Source: Piromyces finnis finn
Taxonomy: Eukaryota > Fungi > Neocallimastigomycota
Assembly (NCBI GenBank): GCA_002104945.1
Contig: MCFH01000043.1
Location: 186,001 to 250,000 of the forward strand
Length of the DNA stretch: 64,000 nt
Direction of reading: 5' to 3'
Part shown: positions 1-13,500 of the stretch, in pieces
Position numbering within the stretch: position 1 is the stretch's first letter
Layout: the number at the start of each line of letters is the position of its first letter
Made by a program: the position numbers and the translations under genes
The notes under the pieces: generated by a model
What the model saw: the letters and a program-made list of their open reading frames with translations, nothing else
Told to the model about the DNA's origin: nothing
Databases searched by the model: none

Positions 1-3000
1 CCAATTAAAGGTGTTGAAGAAGTTGTTTTAGAACCAAAGGATGAAATAATTGAAGAACTACCAGTTGAAGAACAAAAACCAGTTGTTGAAGTTGTTGAAG
101 AAGTTGTTACTGAACCAAAGGAAGAAATAATTGAAGAAAAACAAGTTGAAGAACAAAAACCAGTTGAAGAAGCTGTTGAAGAAGTTGTTTCAGAACCAAA
201 GGAAGAAATAATTGAAGAGCAATCAGTTGAAGGACAACAACCAGTTGAAGAAGTTGCTTCAGAACCAAAGGAAGAAATTATTGAAGAAAATGTTAGAGAA
301 GAAATTATTGAAGTTCCTTCCGAAGAATCAGGAAAGAAAAGATTTATTAAGGGAATTATTAGATACATTACTAGAAAGAATCCAGTTACTGGAGAAGAAA
401 TTGTAGAAGAAATTGTTAATGAAGAATCAATCGAAGAACAACCAGTTGAAGTTGTTGAAGATGTTGATTCAGAACCAAGAGAAGAATCAACTGAAGAACA
501 ACCAGTTGAAGAAGTTGTTGAAGAAGTAATTTCAGAACCAAAGGAAGAAATAATTGAAGAACAACCAGTTGAAAAACAAGAAAAGAAGCCAATATTATAT
601 AGGGTATTTAAAAAGAGTAACAGACGTAGAAGAAAGTCAAAGAATCCAATTGAAGAAGGTGTTAAAGAAGTTGGTTCAGAACCAAAGGAAGAATCAACTG
701 AAGAACAACCAGTTGAAGAAGTTGTTGAAGAAGTTATTTCAGAAACAAATGATGAAAGAATTGAAGAACAACCAATTAAAGGTGTTGAAGAAGTTGTTTT
801 AGAACCAAAGAATGAAATAATTGAAGAACTACCAGTTGAAGAACAAAAACCAGTTGTTGAAGTTGTTGAAGAAGTTGTTACTGAACCAAAGGAAGAAATA
901 ATTGAAGAACAACCAATTGAAGAACAGCAACCAGTTGAAGAACAGCAACCAGTTGAAGAAGTTGTTACTGAACCAAAGGAAGAAATAATTGAACAACAAG
1001 TTGAAGAACAAAAACCAGTTGTTGAAATTGTTGAAGAAGTTGTTTCAGAACAAAATGATGAAATAACTGAAAAACAACCAGTTGAAGAAGTTGTTGAAGA
1101 AATTATTTCAGAACCAAAGGAAGAAATTATTGAAGAAAATGTTAGAGAAGAAATTATTGAAGTTCCTTACGAAGAATCAGGAAAGAAAAGATTTATTAAG
1201 AGAATTATTAGATACATTACTAGAAAGAACCCAATTACTGGAGAAGAAATTGTAGAAGAAATAGTTAATGAAGAATCAACCGAAGAACAACCAGTTGAAG
1301 TTGTTGAAGAAGTTGATTCTGAACCAAGAGACGAATCAACTGAAGAACAACCAGTTGAAGAAGTTGTTGAAGAAGTTGTTACTGAACCAAAGGAAGAAAT
1401 AATTGAAGAACAACCAGTTGAAAAACAACCAATAGTAGAAGTTGTTGAAGAAGTTGTTTCAGAACCAAAGGAAGAAATAATTGAAGAGCAATCAGTTGAA
1501 GAACAGCAACCAGTTGAAGAAGTTGTTACTGAACCAAAGGAAGAAATAATTGAAGAACAACCAGTTGAAGAACAAAAACCAGTTGAAGAAGCTGTTGAAG
1601 AAGTTGTTTCAGAACCAAAGGAAGAAATAATTGAAGAGCAATCAGTTGAAGGACAACAACCAGTTGAAGAAGTTGCTTCAGAACCAAAGGAAGAAATTAT
1701 TGAAGAAAATGTTAGAGAAGAAATTATTGAAGTTCCTTACGAAGAATCAGGAAAGAAAAGATTTATTAAGAGAATTATTAGATACATTACTAGAAAGAAT
1801 CCAGTTACTGGAGAAGAAATTGTAGAAGAAATTGTTAATGAAGAATCAACCGAAGAACAACCAGTTGAAGTTGTTGAAGAAGTTGATTCTGAACCAAGAG
1901 ACGAATCAACTGAAGAACAACCAGTTGAAGAAGTTGTTGAAGAAGTTGTTACTGAACCAAAGGAAGAAATAATTGAAGAACAACCAGTTGAAGAAGCTGT
2001 TGAAGATGTTGTTTCAGAACCAAAGGAAGAAATAATTGAAGAAAATGTTAAAGAAGAAATTATTGAAGTTCCTTCCGAAGAATTAGGAAAGAAAAGATTT
2101 ATTAAGAGAATTATTAGATACATTACTAGAAAGAATCCAGTTACTGGAGAAGAAATTGTAGAAGAAATTGTTAATGAAGAATCAATCGAAGAACAACCAG
2201 TTGAAGTTGTTGAAGATGTTGATTCAGAACCAAGAGAAGAATCAACTGAAGAACAACCAGTTGAAGAAGTTGTTGAAGAAGTAATTTCAGAACCAAAGGA
2301 AGAAATAATTGAAGAACAACCAGTTGAAAAACAAGAAAAGAAGCCAATATTATATAGGGTATTTAAAAAGAGTAACAGACGTAGAAGAAAGTCAAAGAAT
2401 CCAATTGAAGAAGGTGTTAAAGAAGTTGGTTCAGAACCAAAGGAAGAATCAACTGAAGAACAACCAGTTGAAGAAGTTGTTGAAGAAGTTATTTCAGAAA
2501 CAAATGATGAAAGAATTGAAGAACAACCAATTAAAGGTGTTGAAGAAGTTGTTTTAGAACCAAAGAATGAAATAATTGAAGAACTACCAGTTGAAGAACA
2601 AAAACCAGTTGTTGAAGTTGTTGAAGAAGTTGTTACTGAACCAAAGGAAGAAATAATTGAAGAACAACCAATTGAAGAACAGCAACCAGTTGAAGAACAG
2701 CAACCAGTTGAAGAAGTTGTTACTGAACCAAAGGAAGAAATAATTGAACAACAAGTTGAAGAACAAAAACCAGTTGTTGAAATTGTTGAAGAAGTTGTTT
2801 CAGAACAAAATGATGAAATAACTGAAAAACAACCAGTTGAAGAAGTTGTTGAAGAAATTATTTCAGAACCAAAGGAAGAAATTATTGAAGAAAATGTTAG
2901 AGAAGAAATTATTGAAGTTCCTTACGAAGAATCAGGAAAGAAAAGATTTATTAAGAGAATTATTAGATACATTACTAGAAAGAATCCAGTTACTGGAGAA

Positions 3001-4560
3001 GAAATTGTAGAAGAAATTGTTAATGAAGAATCAACCGAAGAACAACCAGTTGAAGTTGTTGAAGAAGTTGATTCTGAACCAAGAGACGAATCAACTGAAG
3101 AACAACCAGTTGAAGAAGTTGTTGAAGAAGTTGTTACTGAACCAAAGGAAGAAATAATTGAAGAACAACCAGTTGAAGAAGCTGTTGAAGATGTTGTTTC
3201 AGAACCAAAGGAAGAAATAATTGAAGAAAATGTTAAAGAAGAAATTATTGAAGTTCCTTCCGAAGAATTAGGAAAGAAAAGATTTATTAAGAGAATTATT
3301 AGATACATTACTAGAAAGAATCCAGTTACTGGAGAAGAAATTGTAGAAGAAATTGTTAATGAAGAATCAACCGAAGAACAACCAGTTGAAGAAGTTGAAG
3401 ATGTTGATTCGGAACCAAGAGAAGAATCAACTGAAGAACAACCAGTTGAAGAAGTTGTTGAAGAAGTAATTTCAGAACCAAAGGAAGAAATAATTGAAGA
3501 ACAACCAGTTGAAAAACAAGAAAAGAAGCCAATATTATATAGGGTATTTAAAAAGAGTAACAGACGTAGAAGAAAGTCAAAGAATCCAATTGAAGAAGGT
3601 GTTGAAGAAGTTGGTTCAGAACCAAAGAAAGAATCAACTGAGGAACAACCAGTTGAAGAAGTTGTTGAAGAAGTTATTTCAGAAACAAATGATGAAAGAA
3701 TTGAAGAACAACCAATTAAATGTGTTGAAGAAGTTGTTTTAGAACCAAAGAATGAAATAATTGAAGAACTACCAGTTGAAGAACAAAAACCAGTTGTTGA
3801 AGTTGTTGAAGAAGTTGTTACTGAACCAAAGGAAGAAATAATTGAAGAAAAACAAGTTGAAGAACAAAAACCAGTTGTTGAAGTTGTTGAAGAAGTTGTT
3901 ACTGAACCAAAGGAAGAAATAATTGAAGAAAAACAAGTTGAAGAACAAAAACCAGTTGTTGAAGTTGTTGAAGAAGTTGTTACTGAACCAAAGGAAGAAA
4001 TAATTGAACAACAAGTTGAAGAACAAAAACCAGTTGTTGAAATTGTTGAAGAAGTTGGTTCAGAACAAAATGATGAAATAACTGAAAAACAACCAGTTGA
4101 AGAAGTTGTTGAAGAAGTTATTTCAGAACCAAAGGAAGAAATTATTGAAGAAAATGTTAGAGAAGAAATTATTGAAGTTCCTTCCGAAGAATCAGGAAAG
4201 AAAAGATTTATTAAGAGAATTATTAGATACATTACTAGAAAGAATCCAGTTACTGGAGAAGAAATTGTAGAAGAAATTGTTAATGAAGAATCAACCGAAG
4301 AACAACCAGTTGTTGAAGTTGTTGAAGAATTTATTTCAGAACCAAAAGAAGAAATAATTGAAAAACAACCAGTTGAAGAACAAAAACCAGTTGTTGAAGT
4401 TGTTGAAGAAGTTGTTACTGAACCAAAGGAAGAAATAATTGATGAACAACCAGTTGAAGAACAACCAATAGTAGAAGTTATTAATGAAGTAAATGATGAA
4501 ATAACTGAAGAACAACCAGTTGTTGAAGAAGTTGAAGAAGTTGTTTCAGAACCAAAGGAA
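1..4560 (+). repeat. Coding tandem repeat array, subfamily A (EEQPVEEVVEEVVSEPKEEIIE) with higher-order units
   Basis: Identical blocks recur at offsets of 1755 bp (554/2309, 829/2584), 1419 bp (212/1631) and 1185 bp (2309/3494). It holds 7 copies of KKRFIK[RG]IIRYITRKNP[VI]TG and 3 copies of KKPILYRVFKKSNRRRRKSKNP. Confidence 0.9.
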
Positions 4561-7500
4561 GAAGTGGTTGAAGAAAAACAACCAACTGAAGAAGTTATTT
4601 CTGAACTCAAGGAAGAAATAATTGAAGATAAACAAGCTGAAAAACAAGAAAAGAAGCCAGTATTATATAGAGTATTTAAAAAGAATAACAGACGTAGAAG
4701 AAAAACAAAGAATACAAATGAAGAAATTGTTGAAGTTACTTCTGAACCAAGAGAAGAAATTATTGAAAAACCAGAAACTGAAGTTAGTAAAGAAGTTGTT
4801 TCAGAACCAAAGGAAGAATCAACTGAAGAACAACCTATTGTTGAAGAATTTATAACTGAAGTAAAAGAAGAAATAATTGAAGAAGAACAACCAGTTGAAA
4901 AACAAGAAAAGAAACAAATATTATATAGAGTATTTAAGAAGAGTAATAGACGTAGAAGAAAGTCAAAGAATCCAAGTGAAGAAGCTCTTTCAGAACCAAA
5001 GGAAGGATCTACTGAAGAACAACCTGTTGTTGAAGTTGTTGAAGAAATTACTTCAGAACCAAAAGAAGAGATTGTTGAAGAACAACCAGTTGAAGAAGTT
5101 GCTGAAGAAAATATTATTGAAGATGTCAATATAAAAGAAAATGATAAAATTATTTCTTATAATCAAAATGAAGATTCAATTATTGATGGATTATTAAATA
5201 AAGTAAACAAATGTAATGGAAATGAATATTTTGAGTTAATTCCATCTGTAATTGAAATGATAATAAATGAAGTAAGATTTGATAATAATAGTTCTGAAAA
5301 AGAAAAACAAAATATATTAAATAGATTATTAAAACAATTTAATATTTGTGAAAATGTTGAACAACCAGCTGAAGAAGCAATTTCAAAGAAAGAAATAGTT
5401 GAAGAAGTTGCTAAAGAACAAGCGGCTGAAGAAGTAATATCTTCTGAATTAAAAGAAGAGATAATTGAACAACCAGTTACTGAAGTTGTTGAAGAAAAAC
5501 CAATTGAAAAATCAATTGAACAACCAGTAGAAGAAGTTTCTTCTGAACCAAAGGAAGAAGTTATTGAACAACAACCAATAACTGAAGTTGTTGAAGAGGT
5601 TGTAGAAGTTGTTGAAGAGAAACCAATTGAACAACCAATTGAACAAAAAGTAGAAGAAGTTTCTTCTGCACCAAAGGAAGAAATTATTGAACAACAACCA
5701 ATAACTGAAGTTGTTGAAGAATTTGTAGAAGTTGATGAAGAACAACCAAATAAACAACCAGTAGAAGAAGTTTCTTCTGAACCAAAGGAAGAAGTTATTG
5801 AACAACAACCAATAACTGAAGTTGTTGAAGAAGTTGAAGAAGTTGTTGAAGAACAACCAATTGAACAACCAATTGAACAACCAGTAGAAGATTCTTCTGA
5901 ACCAAAGGAAGAAATTATTGAACAACCAATAACTGAAGTTGTTGAAGAAGTTGAAGAAGTTGTTGAAGAAAAACCAATTGAACAACCAATTGAACAACCA
6001 GTAGAAGTTTCTTCTGAACCAAAGGAAGAAATTATTGAACAACAACCAATAACTGAAGTTGTTGAAGAAGTTGAAGAAGTTGTTGAAGAAGTTGTTGAAG
6101 AACAACCAAATAAACAACCAGTAGAAGAAGTTTCTTCTGAACCAAAGGAAGAAGTTATTGAACAACAAATTATAGAAGTAATTTCTGATGAAATATTAAA
6201 TAAAGAAAATGAAACAAAAGAAAATGAATATATTGGATTAATACCATCTGTAATAGAAATGATAATTAATGAAGTAAAATTTAATAATAGCAATTTCGAA
6301 AATGAAAATCAAAATATTTTAAGTAAATTATTAAAGAAATTTAATATTTATGAAAATATTGAACAACAACCAATAACTGAAGTTGTTGAAGAAGTTGAAG
6401 AAGTTGTTGAAGAACAACCAATTGAACAACCAGTAGAAGTTTCTTCTGAACCAAAGGAAGAAATTATTGAACAACAACCAATAAATGAAGTTGTTGAAGA
6501 AGTTGAAGAAGTTGTTGAAGAACAACCAATTGAACAACCAGTAGAAGAAGTTTCTTCTGAACAAAAGGAAGAAATTATTGAACAACCAATAACTGAAGTT
6601 GTTGAAGAAGTTGAAGAAGTTGTTGAAGAAAAACCAATTGAACAACCAATTGAACAACCAGTAGAAGTTTCTTCTGAACCAAAGGAAGAAATTATTGAAC
6701 AACAACCAATAACTGAAGTTATTGAAGAAGTTGTTAAAGAAGTTGTTGAAGAACAACCAATTGAACAACCAGTAGAAGTTTCTTCTGAACCAAAGGAAGA
6801 AATTATTGAACAACAACCAATAACTGAAGTTGTTGAAGAAGTTGTAGAAGTTGTTGAAGAACCTAAAGAAGTTGTTGAAACTGAAATAAGAGAAGAAATT
6901 ATTGAAATTCCTTCTACAGAACCAGTAAAGAAAAGATATATTAAGAAAATTATTAGATACATAACTAGAAAGAATCCAATTACTGGAGAAGAAGTTGTTG
7001 AAGAAGTTGTTGAAGAACAATCAATTGAACAACCATTAGAAGAAGTTTCCTCTGAACCAAAGGAAGAAATTATTGAACAACAACCAATAACTGAAGTTGT
7101 TGAAGAAGTTGAAGAAGTTTTTGAAGAACAACCAATTGAACAACTAATTGAACAACCAGTAGAAGAAGTTTCTTCTGAACCAAAGGAAGAAATTATTGAA
7201 CAACCAATAACTGAAGTTGTTGAAGAAGTTGAAGTTGTTGAAGAAGTTGTTGAAAAACAACCAATTGAACAACCAGTAGAAGTTTCTTCTGAACCAAAGG
7301 AAGAAGTTATTGAACAACAACCAATAACTGAAGTTGTTGAAGAAGTTGAAGAAGTTGTTGAAGAAAAACCAATTGAACAACCAATTGAACAACCAGTAGA
7401 AGTTTCTTCTGAACCAAAGGAAGAAATTATTGAACAACAACCAATAACTGAAGTTGTTGAAGAAGTTGAAGAAGTTTTTGAAGAACAACCAATTAAACAA

Positions 7501-10500
7501 CCAATTGAACAACCAGTGGAAGTTTCTTCTGAACCGAAGGAAGAAATTATTGAACAATCAATAACTGAAGTTGTTGAAGAAGTTGTAGAAGTTGTTGAAG
7601 AACCTAAAGAAGTTGTTGAAACTGAAATAAGAGAAGAAATTATTGAAATTCCTTCTACAGAACCAGTAAAGAAAAGATATATTAAGAAAATTATTAGATA
7701 CATAACTAGAAAGAATCCAATTACTGGAGAAGAAGTTGTTGAAGAAATTGTTGAAGAACAACCAATTGAACAACCAGTAGAAGTTTCTTCTGAACCAAGG
7801 GAAGAAATTATTGAACAACAACCAATAACTGAAGTTGTTGAAGAAGTTGAAGAAGTTGTTGAAGAAAAACCAATTGAACAACCAATTGAACAACCAGTAG
7901 AAGATTCTTCTGAACCAAAGGAAGAAATTATTGAACAACCAATAACTGAAGTTGTTGAAGAAGTTGAAGAAGTTGTTGAAGAAAAACCAATTGAACAACC
8001 AATTGAACAACCAGTAGAAGTTTCTTCTGAACCAAAGGAAGAAATTATTGAACAACCAATAACTGAAGTTGTTGAAGAAGTTGTAGAAGTTGTTGAAGAA
8101 CCTAAAGAAGTTGTTGAAACTGAAATAAGAGAAGAAATTATTGAAATTCCTTCTACAGAACCAGTAAAGAAAAGATATATTAAGAAAATTATTAGATACA
8201 TAACTAGAAAGAATCCAATTACTGGAGAAGAAGTTGTTGAAGAAATTGTTGAAGAACAATCAATTGAACAACCAGTAGAAGTTTCTTCTGAACCAAAGGA
8301 AGAAATTATTGAACAACAACCAATAACTGAAGTTGTTGAAGAAGTTGTTGAAGAACAACCAATTGAACAACCAGTGGAAGTTTCTTCTGAACCGAAGGAA
8401 GAAATTATTGAACAACAAACAATAACTGAAGTTATTGAAGAAGTTGAAGAAGTTGTTGAAGAACAACCAATTGAACAACCAATTGAACAACCAGTAGAAG
8501 TTTCTTCTGAACCAAAGGAAGAAATTATTGAACAACCAATAACTGAAGTTGTTGAAGAAGTTGAAGAAGTTGTTGAAGAACAACCAATTGAACAACCAAT
8601 TGAACAATTAGTAGAAGTTTCTTCTGAACCAAAAGAAGAAATTATTGAACAAAAACCAATAACTGAAGTTGTTGAAGAAGTTGTAGAAGTTGTTGAAGAA
8701 CCTAAAGAAGTTGTTGAAACTGAAATAAGAGAAGAAATTATTGAAATTCCTTCTACAGAACCAGTAAAGAAAAGATATATTAAGAAAATTATTAGATACA
8801 TAACTAGAAAGAATCCAATTACTGGAGAAGAAGTTGTTGAAGAAATTGTTGAAGAACAACCAATTGAACAACCATTAGAAGAAGTTTCTTCTGAACCAAA
8901 GGAAGAAATTATTGAACAAAAACCAATAACTGAAGTTGTTGAAGAAGTTGTTGAAGAACAACCAATTGAACAACCAGTGGAAGTTTCTTCTGAACCAAAG
9001 GAAGAAATTATTGAACAACCAATAACTGAAGTTATTGAAGAAGTTGTAGAAGTTGTTGAAAAACCTAAAGAAGTTGTTGAAACTGAAATAAGAGAAGAAA
9101 TTATTGAAATTCCTTCTACAGAACCAGTAAAGAAAAGATATATTAAGAAAATAATTAGATACATAACTAGAAAGAATCCAATTACTGGAGAAGAAGTTGT
9201 TGAAGAAGTTGTTGAAGAACAACCAATTGAACAACCATTAGAAGAAGTTTCTTCTGAAACAAAGGAAGAAATTATTGAACAACAACCAATAACTGAAGTT
9301 GTTGAAGAAGTTGAAGAAGTTGTTGAAGAACAACCAATTGAACAACCAATTGAACAATTAGTAGAAGTTTCTTCTGAACCAAAAGAAGAAATTATTGAAC
9401 AACAACCAATAACTGAAGTTGTTGAAGAAGTTGAAGAAGTTGTTGAAGAAAAACCAATTGAACAACCAATTGAACAATTAGTAGAAGTTTCTTCTGAACC
9501 AAAGGAAGAAATTATTGAACAAAAACCAATAACTGAAGTTGTTGAAGAAGTTGAAGAAGTTGTTGAAGAACAACCAATTGAACAACCAGTAGAAGTTTCT
9601 TCTGAACCAAAGGAAGAAATTATTGAACAAAAACCAATAACTGAAGTTGTTGAAGAAGTTGTTGAAGAACAACCAATTGAACAACCAGTGGAAGTTTCTT
9701 CTGAACCAAAGGAAGAAATTATTGAACAACCAATAACTGAAGTTATTGAAGAAGTTGTAGAAGTTGTTGAAGAACAACCAATTGAACAACCAATTGAACA
9801 ACCAGTAGAAGTTTCTTCTGAACCAAAGGAAGAAATTATTGAACAACCAATAACTGAAGTTGTTGAAGAAGTTGAAGAAGTTGTTGAAGAACAACCAATT
9901 GAACAACCAATTGAACAATTAGTAGAAGTTTCTTCTGAACCAAAAGAAGAAATTATTGAACAAAAACCAATAACTGAAGTTGTTGAAGAAGTTGTAGAAG
10001 TTGTTGAAGAACCTAAAGAAGTTGTTGAAACTGAAATAAGAGAAGAAATTATTGAAATTCCTTCTACAGAACCAGTAAAGAAAAGATATATTAAGAAAAT
10101 TATTAGATACATAACTAGAAAGAATCCAATTACTGGAGAAGAAGTTGTTGAAGAAGTTGTTGAAGAACAACCAATTGAACAACCATTAGAAGAAGTTTCT
10201 TCTGAAACAAAGGAAGAAATTATTGAACAACAACCAATAACTGAAGTTGTTGAAGAAGTTGAAGAAGTTGTTGAAGAACAACCAATTGAACAACCAATTG
10301 AACAATTAGTAGAAGTTTCTTCTGAACCAAAAGAAGAAATTATTGAACAACAACCAATAACTGAAGTTGTTGAAGAAGTTGAAGAAGTTGTTGAAGAAAA
10401 ACCAATTGAACAACCAATTGAACAATTAGTAGAAGTTTCTTCTGAACCAAAGGAAGAAATTATTGAACAAAAACCAATAACTGAAGTTGTTGAAGAAGTT

Positions 10501-13500
10501 GAAGAAGTTGTTGAAGAACAACCAATTGAACAACCAGTAGAAGTTTCTTCTGAACCAAAGGAAGAAATTATTGAACAAAAACCAATAACTGAAGTTGTTG
10601 AAGAAGTTGTTGAAGAACAACCAATTGAACAACCAGTGGAAGTTTCTTCTGAACCAAAGGAAGAAATTATTGAACAACCAATAACTGAAGTTATTGAAGA
10701 AGTTGTAGAAGTTGTTGAAAAACCTAAAGAAGTTGTTGAAACTGAAATAAGAGAAGAAATTATTGAAATTCCTTCTACAGAACCAGTAAAGAAAAGATAT
10801 ATTAAGAAAATAATTAGATACATAACTAGAAAGAATCCAATTACTGGAGAAGAAGTTGTTGAAGAAGTTGTTGAAGAACAACCAATTGAACAACCATTAG
10901 AAGAAGTTTCTTCTGAAACAAAGGAAGAAATTATTGAACAACAACCAATAACTGAAGTTGTTGAAGAAGTTGAAGAAGTTGTTGAAGAACAACCAATTGA
11001 ACAACCAATTGAACAATTAGTAGAAGTTTCTTCTGAACCAAAAGAAGAAATTATTGAACAACAACCAATAACTGAAGTTGTTGAAGAAGTTGAAGAAGTT
11101 GTTGAAGAAAAACCAATTGAACAACCAATTGAACAATTAGTAGAAGTTTCTTCTGAACCAAAGGAAGAAATTATTGAACAAAAACCAATAACTGAAGTTG
11201 TTGAAGAAGTTGAAGAAGTTGTTGAAGAACAACCAATTGAACAACCAGTAGAAGTTTCTTCTGAACCAAAGGAAGAAATTATTGAACAAAAACCAATAAC
11301 TGAAGTTGTTGAAGAAGTTGTTGAAGAACAACCAATTGAACAACCAGTGGAAGTTTCTTCTGAACCAAAGGAAGAAATTATTGAACAACCAATAACTGAA
11401 GTTATTGAAGAAGTTGTAGAAGTTGTTGAAAAACCTAAAGAAGTTGTTGAAACTGAAATAAGAGAAGAAATTATTGAAATTCCTTCTACAGAACCAGTAA
11501 AGAAAAGATATATTAAGAAAATAATTAGATACATAACTAGAAAGAATCCAATTACTGGAGAAGAAGTTGTTGAAGAAGTTGTTGAAGAACAACCAATTGA
11601 ACAACCATTAGAAGAAGTTTCTTCTGAAACAAAGGAAGAAATTATTGAACAACCAATAACTGAAGTTGTTGAAGAAGTTGAAGAAGTTGTTGAAGAAGTT
11701 GTTGAAGAACAACCAATTGAACAACCAGTAGAAGTTTCCTCTGAACCAAAGGAAGAAATTATTGAACAACAACCAATAACTGAAGTTGTTGAAGAAGTTG
11801 AAGAAGTTGTTGAAGAAAAACCAATTGAACAACCAATTGAACAATTAGTAGAAGTTTCTTCTGAACCAAAGGAAGAAATTATTGAACAAAAACCAATAAC
11901 TGAAGTTGTTGAAGAAGTTGAAGAAGTTGTTGAAGAACAACCAATTGAACAACCAATTGAACAACCAGTAGAAGAAGTTTCTTCTGAACCAAAGGAAGAA
12001 ATTATTGAACAACAACCAATAACTGAAGTTGTTGAAGAAGTTGAAGAAGTTGTTGAAGAACAACCAATTGAACAACCAATTGAACAACCAGTAGAAGTTT
12101 CTTCTGAACCAAAGGAAGAAATTATTGAACAACAACCAATAACTGAAGTTGTTGAAGAAGTTGTTGAAGAACAACCAATTGAACAACCAGTGGAAGTTTC
12201 TTCTGAACCGAAGGAAGAAATTATTGAACAACAACCAATAACTGAAGTTATTGAAGAAGTTGAAGAAGTTGTTGAAGAACAATCAATTGAACAACCAATT
12301 GAACAACCAGTAGAAGTTTCTTCTGAACCAAAGGAAGAAATTATTGAACAACAACCAATAACTGAAGTTGTTGAAGAAGTTGTTGAAGAACAACCAATTG
12401 AACAACCAGTGGAAGTTTCTTCTGAACCGAAGGAAGAAATTATTGAACAACAACCAATAACTGAAGTTATTGAAGAAGTTGAAGAAGTTGTTGAAGAACA
12501 ATCAATTGAACAACCAATTGAACAACCAGTAGAAGTTTCTTCTGAACCAAAGGAAGAAATTATTGAACAACAACCAATAACTGAAGTTGTTGAAGAAGTT
12601 GTTGAAGAACAACCAATTGAACAACCAGTGGAAGTTTCTTCTGAACCGAAGGAAGAAATTATTGAACAACAACCAATAACTGAAGTTATTGAAGAAGTTG
12701 AAGAAGTTGTTGAAGAACAACCAATTGAACAACCAATTGAACAACCAGTAGAAGTTTCTTCTGAACCAAAGGAAGAAATTATTGAACAACCAATAACTGA
12801 AGTTGTTGAAGAAGTTGAAGAAGTTGTTGAAGAACAACCAATTGAACAACCAATTGAACAATTAGTAGAAGTTTCTTCTGAACCAAAAGAAGAAATTATT
12901 GAACAAAAACCAATAACTGAAGTTGTTGAAGAAGTTGTAGAAGTTGTTGAAGAACCTAAAGAAGTTGTTGAAACTGAAATAAGAGAAGAAATTATTGAAA
13001 TTCCTTCTACAGAACCAGTAAAGAAAAGATATATTAAGAAAATTATTAGATACATAACTAGAAAGAATCCAATTACTGGAGAAGAAGTTGTTGAAGAAGT
13101 TGTTGAAGAACAACCAATTGAACAACCATTAGAAGAAGTTTCCTCTGAACCAAAGGAAGAAATTATTGAACAACCAATAACTGAAGTTGTTGAAGAAGTT
13201 GAAGAAGTTGTTGAAGAAGTTGTTGAAGAACAACCAATTGAACAACCAATTGAACAACCAGTAGAAGTTTCTTTTGAACCAAAAGAAGAAATTATTGAAC
13301 AAAAACCAATAACTGAAGTTGTTGAAGAAGTTGTTGAAGAACAACCAATTGAACAACCAGTGGAAGTTTCTTCTGAACCGAAGGAAGAAATTATTGAACA
13401 ACAACCAATAACTGAAGTTATTGAAGAAGTTGAAGAAGTTGTTGAAGAACAATCAATTGAACAACCAATTGAACAACCAGTAGAAGTTTCTTCTGAACCA

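Noticed and set aside
4564-4566. GTG start assigned to the giant ORF by the ORF track
   Set aside because: The frame is open back to base 1 and the organism is eukaryotic, so the true start lies upstream of the window.
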